From NCBI GenBank assembly GCA_963792585.1, contig CAWBWI010000001.1:896001-960000 (forward strand): a stretch of 64,000 nucleotides of DNA. Reading direction: 5' to 3'. Origin of the DNA: Candidatus Eiseniibacteriota bacterium (lineage in GTDB: Bacteria; Eisenbacteria; RBG-16-71-46; CAIMUX01; VGJL01). Positions 18,811-28,113 of the stretch are shown piece by piece (position 1 is the first letter of the stretch; each line of letters starts with the position of its first letter). The notes below the pieces were generated by a model. That model had not been told where the DNA came from. It searched no databases and worked only from the letters and a program-made list of their open reading frames with translations. Made by a program: the position numbers and the translations under genes.

Positions 18811-21081
18811 CTAGTGCCCCCGGAGTTTGTTCAGCGCGCTCCCCGCGCGGAACCAGCCTATCTGCTCCTCATTCAACGTGTGTCGCAGGATGACCGCCTC
18901 GGTCGACCCGTCGTCGTGAACGAGGCGGGCGACCACGTCCCTCCCAGGGGCGAGCGCCTTCAACCCGGTGAGGACGACCCGGTCGCCTTCCCGGACCTTC
19001 TCATAGTCGGCGACATCTACGAACGTCAGCGGCAGGATCCCCTGCTTCTTGAGGTTCGATTCATGGATGCGCGCGAATGAGCGGACGATCACCGCCATGC
19101 CGCCGAGGAACCGCGGGGACATGGCGGCGTGCTCGCGGCTCGAGCCTTCCCCGTAGTTGTCGTCTCCGACCACGACCCAACGCCGGCCCTCCTTCTTGTA
19201 GGCGCGGGCGATCGTCGGGATCGGTTCCCCCGTCTTGCCGGTCAGAAGGTTGCGGCCGTGCCCCGTCTCGCCGGTGAAAGCGCTCACGGCCCCGTTGAAC
19301 ATGTTGTCGCTGATCCGATCGAGGTGGCCGCGATAGCGCAGCCACGGGCCGGCGGGAGAGATGTGGTCGGTGGTGCACTTGCCCTTGGCCTTGAAGAGCA
19401 GCAGAAGTTCGATCTCGTCCGCGCCGTCCCATGCGGGGAAGGGCTCGAGGAGCTGCAGCCGTTCGCTGCGGGGATCGACCTCGACTGCGATCGATCCTCC
19501 GCCCGGCGGCGGGCGCCTCATATCCGCTTCGGTCCTTCACGAATCCGTTCGGGGGCAGCTCCGGCGCCTTCTTGGGAGGCTTGAGCCGCAGCTTCGCCCC
19601 GCCGGCCGTCGACGACCTCGTCCACGTTGGGATCGAAGGAGAGACGGCCCGCCAGTCCGAGCGCCATCACGATCTCGGGACTCGCGATGAAGGCCAGGGT
19701 GTTTGGATCCCCGTCGTTGCGCTTGGGGAAGTTGCGGTTGAAGGATGTCAGGATCGAGTTCGGCTCCCCCTTCTCCCTCGCCCGCTTCCACTGCCCGATG
19801 CACGGACCGCAGGCGTTCGCCAGGACCTTCGCGCCGACCGACTCCAGGCTCGCAAGCTGGCCGTCGCGCTCGATCGTCGCGCGGATCTGCTCGCTCCCCG
19901 GAGTGACGAGCAGCTCGCTCGTCATCCGCACCCCCTGGGCGTGCGCCTGCTCCGCCACGTCGGCGGCGCGCGAGATGTCTTCGTAGGAGGAGTTCGTGCA
20001 GGAGCCAACCAACGCGACGGTGATCGCGTCCGGGTATCCCTTCTCCTTCACCTCCGCGCGCGAGTCGCGAGACCGGGCGCGTGAGATCCGGCGTGTGCGG
20101 TCCGACGATTTGCGGCTCGAGCTTCGAGAGATCGATCTCGACGATCCGCTCGAAGAACCGCTCCGGCGCCTTCTCAACCTCGGGATCCGCGGTGAGGAGG
20201 CGGCGGAATCGCTCGGCCAGTTCGGCGAGCCCCGAACGGTCGGTGGCGCGGAGGTAGCGGGCCATCGGCGCGTCGAAGGGAAAGACCGATCCGGTGGCGC
20301 CCAGTTCTGCGCCCATGTTCGTGATCGTTCCCTTACCGGTGCAGGAGACCTCCGCGGCGCCGGGCCCGAAGTACTCGAGGACGCGATTGGTCCCCCCCTT
20401 CACGGTGAGCAGTCCGCAGAGGTAGAGGATCACGTCTTTCGGCGACGTCCAGCCCGACAACGCGCCGGTCAGATGGACGCCGATCAAGGTCGGGTACTTG
20501 ACCTCCCATGGAAAGCCCGCCATCACATCGACCGCGTCGGCCCCGCCCACACCCGAAGCGATCATGCCGAGTCCGCCGGCGTTTGGGGTGTGCGAATCGG
20601 TTCCGATCATCAGTCCGCCCGGGAACGCATAGTTTTCCAGGATGACCTGGTGGATGATGCCCGCGCCCGGCTTCCAGAAACCGATCCCGTACTTCGCGGA
20701 GACGTCGTGCAGGAAGGCATAGACCTCGCGGTTCTCGTCGAGAGCCGCCTGCGTGTCGGCAGACGCCCCCACGCGCGCCTGGATCAGGTGATCGCAGTGA
20801 ACGGTCGTCGGAACGGCCGTGCGATCCCGCCCCGCGAGCATGAACTGCAGGAGCGCCATTTGCGCCGTCGCATCCTGCATCGCGACCCGATCCGGCCGGA
20901 GCATGAGGTAGCTCTTGCCGGCCTCCAGATCCTGGCTCTCTGGATCGTCGAGGTGACCGAGCAGGATCTTCTCCGAGAGGGTCAGAGGGCGGCCAAGACG
21001 CTTGCGGGCGACCGCGAGACGCTCTTCCATCTTCGCGTAGACGCCGGCAACGAACTCAGGGGTCGAGTCGATCGATTGCAT
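18811..21081 (-). CDS. Aconitate hydratase (mitochondrial-type), split by apparent frameshifts
   Basis: [67 protein letters not shown] spread over three or more frames (breaks near 20060 and 19520-19600). Confidence 0.9.
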
Positions 21082-21172
21082 CGTTCTTCCTGCCTCCAGC
21101 TGGTGCTTCTTGCCGTGGGGAACGTTCCAGAATAGCGCGCCGGACGCGATTGCGGGGCCGGGAAGTTGCGCC

Positions 21173-21703
21173 TCATTCCAGGAGCCGAAGCCCGCTGGGA
21201 TATCGGCGGGCGAGGTCCACGTAGGTCTCCTTGAAGCGCGTCCACTCGGCCTTGTAGGCGTCGTCGATGCGCTTCTCGAGGATCCGAGCGGGAACGCCTA
21301 CCGCGATCTGCTCGGGTGGGACCTCCTGCCGTTGCTTCACGACGGCCCCCTCCCCCACGACCGACCAGCGGCCGACGACCGCCCAATCGGAAACGATGGC
21401 GCCCATGCCGATCACCGCCCAGTCGTCGATGCGGGCCGCATTGTGGATGATCGCGCCGTGTCCGATCGTCACCCAGTCCCCGATCGTGCAGGTCTCCCCC
21501 GGACGCGCGTGGATCACGCAATTGTCCTCGACGCTCGTGCAGACGCCGATTCGGATCGCGCCGTAGTCGCCGCGCAGGCGGGCCCCCGGTCCGATCCAGC
21601 ATCCCGCACCGATCTCCACGTCGCCGAAGAGGTCCGCGGTGGGGTGGACATACGCGCCCTCGCCGATCCGGGGCGTCTTTCCCTCGAACGATCCGACCGC
21701 CAT
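21173..21703 (-). CDS. Gamma-carbonic anhydrase family (hexapeptide repeat) protein
   Basis: [25 protein letters not shown]. Confidence 0.9.
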   Translation of the reverse strand: MAVGSFEGKTPRIGEGAYVHPTADLFGDVEIGAGCWIGPGARLRGDYGAIRIGVCTSVEDNCVIHARPGETCTIGDWVTIGHGAIIHNAARIDDWAVIGMGAIVSDWAVVGRWSVVGEGAVVKQRQEVPPEQIAVGVPARILEKRIDDAYKAEWTRFKETYVDLARRYPSGLRLLE

Positions 21704-21867
21704 TCTCCCCTCCCTTCGAAGCTCACGAGGCCCGCCGGTGCCCGATCCGCGGCATCATACACAACCGGTGCGTTCGGCCGGGACCCGCGGGATAGGAGTG
21801 GGAACCGTCCCCCGGCTCGAATTCGCCGGGAGACATGCGCGGCAGATTCTGGGGATTCTCCGGGGAA

Positions 21868-22812
21868 TCAGGAGGGTGCAACCGCGCGCGCCCAGTCGTG
21901 GACCTCCGAGAAGCTCCCCATGACGAGGGTGCCGGTCAGGGGGCGGGCCCCCTCACCTCCGAGTATCAGGTGGATTCGACGGGGGAGCTTCCGCCGCAGT
22001 TTCTGGATCTGCCCGGTCATCCTCGACCCGCGTCCGGCAACCGAAACGCTCAGGGCGACGGCGCTCGCTCCCCGCTCAACCGCAAGCGCAGCGACCTGCT
22101 CCGGCGGAACCTCCGTACCGAGGTAGAGGACTCGACGCCCCGCGCTGGCCATCGCTAGCGCCGCCATCTGCAGCCCGAGGGCATGGGTTTCTCCCGGAAG
22201 CGTCGCGAGAATCATTGAGGGTCCATCCGCCCGTTCCTCGAAAGGCAGGCGCAGCGTCCGCAGGAGGTCGGCGATCCGCTCGGAGAGGAAATGCTCGTGC
22301 CGAATCTCGAGCCGACCTTCGGCCCACTCCTCCCCCACCGCCCGGACCAGCGGGGTGATCGCGTCGTTGAGGTAGGCCACCGGTCCCAAGCGCGCCCAGT
22401 CGAGGAGAAGCAGGTGGGTCAGTTGCTCCGTGTCGAAATCCCGGACGGCTTGGAGAAGGACTTCGAGAAGGGCGGGACTCGTACCCGTCCCCTCCGGTCC
22501 GACCTGGGACCGCTGTCCGTCCCACGTCGTCCCTCCTACCCGGAGGAGTCGATCGAGGTCGTTCTCGTCCGCGCCGACGACTTCCGCAGCGCGGTGCCCC
22601 ATGGCGATGGCCTCGGCGACCTTTCGAAGGCGGGGGATGTTCGCGGTGGCATAGACGCGATGTCCCGAGGGCTTTCGATCCGGCGCGGGGAACCCATAAC
22701 GGCGTTCCCAACTGCGTAGGGTCTCGATTGGGATCGATGTCGCGCGGGAGAGAGCTCCGATCGTCAACATTCCGGTCGAGTCAACGGAAGCCCTTCCCCT
22801 CCTCGAGTTCAT
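21868..22812 (-). CDS. CarH/LitR-like MerR-family B12-binding regulator
   Basis: MerR HTH (TIGALS..TLRSWERRYG..GHRVY), W-x9-EH (WAEGRLEIRHEH), ExHxxG (GETHALG), ALSVS, LGG. Start may be 22770. Confidence 0.85.
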   Translation of the reverse strand: MNSRRGRASVDSTGMLTIGALSRATSIPIETLRSWERRYGFPAPDRKPSGHRVYATANIPRLRKVAEAIAMGHRAAEVVGADENDLDRLLRVGGTTWDGQRSQVGPEGTGTSPALLEVLLQAVRDFDTEQLTHLLLLDWARLGPVAYLNDAITPLVRAVGEEWAEGRLEIRHEHFLSERIADLLRTLRLPFEERADGPSMILATLPGETHALGLQMAALAMASAGRRVLYLGTEVPPEQVAALAVERGASAVALSVSVAGRGSRMTGQIQKLRRKLPRRIHLILGGEGARPLTGTLVMGSFSEVHDWARAVAPS

Positions 22813-22880
22813 CGAACCCCCCATTCGTCGCGGCCGACCCTTCCGCCGCGGCGGCGGAAGGGTCCCGGGACGGTACGATC

Positions 22881-23405
22881 CTACTTCGTCTGCTTCGGGA
22901 GAATCACCGTGTCGATGACGTGGATGATGCCGTTGGAACAGGCGATGTCGGTTTTGAGGACGTTCGCTCCATCGATCGTGACACCCTTTTCTCCGGCGAC
23001 CACCGAAATCTCCTTGCCCTGCACGGTCTTCCAGGTCTTTTGGTTCACGACGTCGGCGGCCATGGCGCGGCCGGCGACCACGTGGTAGGTGAGGATCGAG
23101 GCGAGCGCCTCCTTGTCCTTCAGGAGGGATTCGATGGTGCCGGCCGGCAGCTTCGCGAAGGCCGCGTCGGTCGGAGCGAAAACCGTGAACGGCCCCTTGC
23201 CCTTCAAGGTCGCCTCGAGGCCTGCCGCCTGGACCGCGGCCACCAGGGTCTTGAAGTCGCCGGCCGCGACGGCGGTCTCCACGATGTCCATCTGCGGGAC
23301 CTCGACCTTCGGCTTGCCCGCGAAGGCGAGCGAGGCGACGCCGAGTACGGAGGCTGTGATCATACCGGCCACGAGGGCCGTGCGGATACGGTTGTGGGTC
23401 TTCAT
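22881..23405 (-). CDS. Secreted fasciclin (FAS1) domain protein
   Basis: Signal peptide, [34 protein letters not shown]. Confidence 0.93.
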   Translation of the reverse strand: MKTHNRIRTALVAGMITASVLGVASLAFAGKPKVEVPQMDIVETAVAAGDFKTLVAAVQAAGLEATLKGKGPFTVFAPTDAAFAKLPAGTIESLLKDKEALASILTYHVVAGRAMAADVVNQKTWKTVQGKEISVVAGEKGVTIDGANVLKTDIACSNGIIHVIDTVILPKQTK

Positions 23406-23501
23406 TGTTGGATCTTCCTTTCCCTTATCCATGTGCTGCGGGGACCAGGTCCCCGCAAGTTTCCATTCCACTCGATCAGGATCCTTGGCTGCGCGGTCCG
23501 T

Positions 23502-23732
23502 CTAGGTGACGGCGCGGCCCCAACGGGCCCGGATTGCCTTCCATGCGAAGGCCTGGTAGAGGGCGGCGAGTCCGACCAGTAGGTAGATGGCCGCGCTGAA
23601 TGTGTTCTTCGCGCCGAAACCACCAGCGCCCGAAAGGAGGGCGACCAGGTCGAAATTGGCCACGGCGACGAGTCCCCAGTTCAAACCGCCCACGACCAGC
23701 AGGACGGCGGCGAGAATATCGATGGTCTTCAT
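23502..23732 (-). CDS. DUF378 small membrane protein
   Basis: LLVVGGLNWGLV..FDLVA..IYLLVGLA; AGGAGG RBS. Confidence 0.9.
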   Translation of the reverse strand: MKTIDILAAVLLVVGGLNWGLVAVANFDLVALLSGAGGFGAKNTFSAAIYLLVGLAALYQAFAWKAIRARWGRAVT

Positions 23733-23807
23733 GCTTGGATTCCTCCTATTCGAGAACCTTTGACGTCGCCGCCGGCCCGACCCTGCCGGGCTGCAGGCGA
23801 CAAGGGC

Positions 23808-23837
23808 ATCATAGGACTTGGTGATTTGTTTTGTCAA
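23808..23837 (-). promoter_or_regulatory. Sigma70 promoter for DUF378-fasciclin-carH
   Basis: Minus strand TTGACA-N18-TATGAT in an AT-rich patch. Confidence 0.7.
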
Positions 23838-24008
23838 GTATTTGCACAGATATATTTCAGCATCCATCCCGAGACGATCCCGGAGCCTCGGGCGCCGCCC
23901 GGTAAATTGGCCGCTCGACTCCCCGTTGCGCCGGTCCGGTCGAGGCGAAACAATGGGGCCAACCCCGCACGTGCCGATCCATCGTCGAGCCTGGAAGGGA
24001 GTCCAAAG

Positions 24009-25045
24009 ATGAAGCGGTTCGCGTCGATCCTCTATCTCCTGGCGCTCGCATCCGCCCCCCATGCCGCGCCGCTTCCCGTCGCGCCCGGCGCGGGCGCCCA
24101 TTCGGGCACGATCGCCACCTTCTCCTGCGTCGGGTTCGATCCGGAGACCGGCGATCTCGGCGTGGTCGTGCAGTCCAAGTTCTTCGCCGTCGGCTCCGTC
24201 GTCCCCTGGGCGCGCGCCGAGGTCGGCGCCGTCGCCACCCAGGCCTTTGGGAACACGACGTTCGGTCCCCGCGGGCTCGACCTTCTTGCCGGAGGAAAGA
24301 CGCCCGCCGAGGCGATCGAGGCGCTCCTGGCACCCGACACGCTTCGGGAGCGGCGGCAGGTCGGCATCGTCGACGCCAAAGGACGAAGCGTCACCTTCAC
24401 CGGCAAGGAGTGCATGGCCTGGGCCGGCGGGGTCTCGGGACCGAACTTCGCGGCGCAGGGGAACATCCTCGTCGGCGAGCCCACGGTCCGGGAGATGGCG
24501 GCGGCATTCGAGTCCACCAAGGGGATGCTCGGCGACCGGCTGATGGCGGCCATCGAGGCGGGGCAGGCTGCGGGGGGAGACTCGCGCGGGATGCAGTCGG
24601 CCGCGCTCTTGATCGTTCGCAACGGCGGAGGCTACGGCGGTAACAACGATCGCTATTGCGACCTCCGTGTCGACGACGCGGTCGATCCGATCGCCGAGCT
24701 TCACCGCATCTACAACATCTGGAAACCGAACGCGCTGGTGACCGAGGGGTATCTCCAGGTCGAGAAGGGCGCGTTCGCGCGCGCCTACTCGATGGGGCTC
24801 GAGGCGGTCGGTCTCAAGCCCGAGGCGGGCGAGTACCGCTACCATCTCGCCTGCTACTACTCCCGGGGCGGGGAACGCGAGAAGGCGATCGCCACCTTGG
24901 GGGAGGCGCTCGAGCGCGAGCCGGGACTCTCGAACAGGCAGCCGTCGACACGGACCTCGCCCCGCTGGGGAGCGACCCGCGCTTCGGGAGAATGCTCGAG
25001 GCGGCCACGAAGGCCGCGACCCAGAAGAAGCCGTCGGATCGATGA
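24009..25045 (+). CDS. Exported DUF1028 (Ntn-hydrolase-like) protein with C-terminal TPR; one apparent frameshift near 24930
   Basis: Signal peptide, TFSCVG, GAVATQA, RQVGIVD, QGNIL, GGDSRGMQSAAL, DLRVDD, YHLACYYS. The shifted frame ends DTDLAPL..* with ATGA overlap to the next gene. Confidence 0.82.
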
Positions 25046-25785
25046 GCGCCCCGGTTCCGGGAGCCTCGATGGGGATCGAGGTGGTCCTCCACGTGGGCGG
25101 AATCGCCTACCGGTGGGACCCGCGCGTCTTTCACGATCTGGCGCACCCGGTCACATTCACGGACGCGGATCCGACCGCCTTCGGGCTCCCCACCCCTCGG
25201 GCCGCGCCACTCGCGGCTTCCGTTCTCGCCGCCACGATTCACGATCTCAATCCGCACACGACGACCCACGTCGAGGGAATCGGGCACATCGAACGTCCCG
25301 GCCCGTCGATCGGCCGCCTTCTCGACAAGAGCCTCTTCCCCGCGACCCTCGTCACGATCGTCCCGGAACGCGGGGCCGACGGCGATGCGCGCGTGCATCG
25401 CGCCCCGCTCGCGGCCGCGCTCGGCCCGTTCGATCCGTTCCAGGAAGCCGTGCTCGTCCGATCGTTGGCCGAGGGGAACGCGCAGACGCGCTTCACGGGA
25501 AGGAACCCACCCTACTTCGCGCCCGATGCGGCCGCGTTCCTCTCCGGGCGCGGCACCCGACTGCTCGTCGTCGATCTCCCCTCTCTCGATCGGGAGCAGG
25601 ACGGCGGATCCCTCGCGGCGCACCGCGCATTCCTGACCGACGCGGCGACGCCGAGAGCCGTGGTCGAGCTCGCGAGCATTCCCCCCGAGGCCTCCGACGG
25701 AAGGTATCTGCTCGAGGTCGTGGCCCTTCGCTGGGAGCTGGACGCCTCGCCGGTGCGGCCCCTCCTGTATCCCCTCACGCGATGA
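25042..25785 (+). CDS. Cyclase-family protein (kynurenine formamidase-like)
   Basis: PHTTTHVE, NPPY, VDLPSLD, AHRAF, DASPVRP; coupled to kynU. Confidence 0.75.
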   Translation: MSAPVPGASMGIEVVLHVGGIAYRWDPRVFHDLAHPVTFTDADPTAFGLPTPRAAPLAASVLAATIHDLNPHTTTHVEGIGHIERPGPSIGRLLDKSLFPATLVTIVPERGADGDARVHRAPLAAALGPFDPFQEAVLVRSLAEGNAQTRFTGRNPPYFAPDAAAFLSGRGTRLLVVDLPSLDREQDGGSLAAHRAFLTDAATPRAVVELASIPPEASDGRYLLEVVALRWELDASPVRPLLYPLTR

Positions 25786-27029
25786 GCCGGGAGATGTTCG
25801 ACCGCATCCGGGCGCGATTCTACATACCCGAAGGGATCCTCTATTTCGACGGCAACTCGCTCGGCCTCCTCACGCGCGACGCAGAGTCGGAGATCCTCAG
25901 GGTGATCGAGGAATGGAAGCGCCTCGGCGTCCGCGGTTGGCTGGAGGCCGATCCTCCGTGGTTCACGCTCTGCGAGGGGCTAGCCGAGAGAATCGCACCC
26001 CTCGTGGGCGCGTCGCCCGATGCCGTCGCGGTCACCGGATCCACGACCGGCAACATCCACGCGCTCGTCTCGACCTTCTATCGCCCCGAAGGCCGCCGCA
26101 CGAGAATCCTGGCCGACCCGCTCAACTTCCCTACGGATCTCTACGCCCTCCGCGCGCAGGTCTCCCTCGCGGGTGGAGATCCCGAGCGCGATCTCGTTCT
26201 CGTTTCATCCATGGACGGCCGCACCCTTGACAGCGCGGCCCTGGTCTCCGCCATGGACGATCGCGTCGCGCTCGCCTTTCTCCCCTCGGTCCTCTATCGC
26301 AGCGGACAGTTGCTGGACGTCGAGGCGATCACCCGCGAGGCGCGCTCGCGCGGGGTCCGGATCGGATGGGACCTGTCACACTCGATCGGCGTGCTTCCGC
26401 ATGCGCTCGAAGCCTGGGGCGCCGATTTCGCCGTCTGGTGCCACTACAAGTACCTGAGCGCCGGCCCGGGCGCGGTCGCGGGCCTCTATCTGCACCCTCG
26501 TCATTTCGGGATCGTGCCGGCCCTCCCGGGCTGGTGGGGGTTTCGCAAGGATGGGCAGTTCGCGATGCGGGATCGGTTCGAGGCCGCGCCTGGCGCGGGC
26601 CGCTTCCAGATAGGCACCCCGCCGATCCTCGCCGTCGCCGCGCTGGGCGGCGCGCTTGCAATCGTCGAGGAGTGCGGTATCGAAGCGTTGCGCGCGCGCT
26701 CGCTCGACCTCACCACGCGGCTCATCGAGCGAATCGACGCGCGGCTTTCCGAAGCGGAAACGGGGTTCCGCATCGGAACGCCCCGAGCGCCGGAGCGCCG
26801 CGGCGGACACGTTGCCCTCGAGCACCCGACCATCGCCGCGCGCATGAATGCCGCACTGAAAGCGCGTGGGATCGTCCCGGACTTTCGTCCCCCGGACACG
26901 ATCCGCATCTGCCCGGCGCCGATGATCACGCGGGATTCGGATGTCGACACGCTGGTCGAGACGATTCGGGCAATCCGGGACGATCGGTCGTACGAAGCCT
27001 ACTCGAGTGTCCCCGATCCGGTCCCTTGA
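25782..27029 (+). CDS. kynU: Kynureninase
   Basis: YFDGNSLG, FPTD.Y, WDLSHSIG, WCHYKYL.AGPG, GWWG, RGGHV, DFRPP. Confidence 0.93.
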   Translation: MSREMFDRIRARFYIPEGILYFDGNSLGLLTRDAESEILRVIEEWKRLGVRGWLEADPPWFTLCEGLAERIAPLVGASPDAVAVTGSTTGNIHALVSTFYRPEGRRTRILADPLNFPTDLYALRAQVSLAGGDPERDLVLVSSMDGRTLDSAALVSAMDDRVALAFLPSVLYRSGQLLDVEAITREARSRGVRIGWDLSHSIGVLPHALEAWGADFAVWCHYKYLSAGPGAVAGLYLHPRHFGIVPALPGWWGFRKDGQFAMRDRFEAAPGAGRFQIGTPPILAVAALGGALAIVEECGIEALRARSLDLTTRLIERIDARLSEAETGFRIGTPRAPERRGGHVALEHPTIAARMNAALKARGIVPDFRPPDTIRICPAPMITRDSDVDTLVETIRAIRDDRSYEAYSSVPDPVP

Positions 27030-27033
27030 CGGA

Positions 27034-27417
27034 TCAGCGCGCCTTCGGATCTCCCTGCATCATCCCGAAGATGTTGCCCTCGGTGTCCTTCGCATAGGCG
27101 AGCCAGCCGACACCCGGGATCGCCATCTTGGGAAGCGCGATCGATCCTCCGGCCGCCTGCACGCCTTCCATCGCCGCGTCGAGCGCGTCGACCTCGACCG
27201 TGCAGACGTAAGCGATCACCGCGGTGCCGTCGATCGTCCCCTGGCGGCGGATCAGCCCGCCGTCGATTCCGCGCGTCCCCTCCGGCCCGGTGCGGATCAG
27301 CCAGTATGTCTCCGGCCCGCCCCATGGGGTGAACTCCCATTCGAAGATCTTCCGGTAGAAGGCCATCGCCCTCTCAGGATCTTCCGCATGGATCTCGAAG
27401 TGCACGACGCGTGCCAT
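27034..27417 (-). CDS. VOC/glyoxalase family protein
   Basis: MARVVHFEI, FY..IF.W, IDGG, DTEGNIFG. Confidence 0.9.
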   Translation of the reverse strand: MARVVHFEIHAEDPERAMAFYRKIFEWEFTPWGGPETYWLIRTGPEGTRGIDGGLIRRQGTIDGTAVIAYVCTVEVDALDAAMEGVQAAGGSIALPKMAIPGVGWLAYAKDTEGNIFGMMQGDPKAR

Positions 27418-27449
27418 CTGTGCGCTCCTCCCGGCGGCCGGTACGGTTC

Positions 27450-27911
27450 CTACCTTGCGGAGAGGGCCTCGATCACCTCGTCGACATGACCGGCGACCTT
27501 CACCTTCCGGAAGATCCGGGCGATCTTCCCCTTCTCGTCGATCAGGAAGGTGCTCCGCTCGATTCCCATGTACTTCCGCCCGTACATACTCTTCTCGACC
27601 CAGACGCCGTATGCCTCGGCGATTTCGTGGGCGGGGTCGCTGACAAGGGTGAAGGGGAGATCGAACTTCGCGCTGAACCTCTCGTGGGAACTCACGCTGT
27701 CGGGGCTGATGCCGATGACGATCGTCTTCTTGCGCGCGATGCGGGACATGTTGTCCCGGAAATCGCACGCTTCCCGCGTGCAGCCCGAAGTGTTGTCCTT
27801 CGGGTAGAAATAGAGAACGACCTTCTTGCCCTTGACGTCCCGCAGGGAGACCTCGTCACCTGCGCCGTCGAGCGCGGTGAAATCCGGGGCCTTGCCGCCG
27901 ACCTCGAGCAT
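27450..27911 (-). CDS. bcp: Peroxiredoxin Bcp/PrxQ
   Basis: LYFYPKDNTSGCTREAC, RSTFLID. Confidence 0.95.
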   Translation of the reverse strand: MLEVGGKAPDFTALDGAGDEVSLRDVKGKKVVLYFYPKDNTSGCTREACDFRDNMSRIARKKTIVIGISPDSVSSHERFSAKFDLPFTLVSDPAHEIAEAYGVWVEKSMYGRKYMGIERSTFLIDEKGKIARIFRKVKVAGHVDEVIEALSAR

Positions 27912-28113
27912 CCTGCCCTCCTATCGTGGAGCGAACCCGAACGGAGGACCGTCGCAGGAGGCCCGCCGTCTGTCAAGCCCGTCGCCGGTCCGGGGGCCCC
28001 TGGGAACGGGACAGATCCCTGCTCCCCTCCGGGTGCCCCACGCGGTACGATTTGCCATTGGTTTGGGGGAAGGACCGGCCCGAATGGCCGCATGCGCGAT
28101 GGAGGAGAAAGCG

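Noticed and set aside
21704..21867. Possible cobalamin riboswitch or ncRNA near the B12-binding regulator
   Set aside because: No convincing B12-box or conserved core could be identified by eye here or at 23733-24008. An Rfam covariance search would be needed.
23760..27029. 1089-aa ORF seemingly fusing DUF1028 to kynureninase
   Set aside because: An indel near 24930 diverts the frame through Arg-rich nonsense that overlaps the real cyclase gene. ATGA overlaps at 25042 and 25782 show three separate genes.
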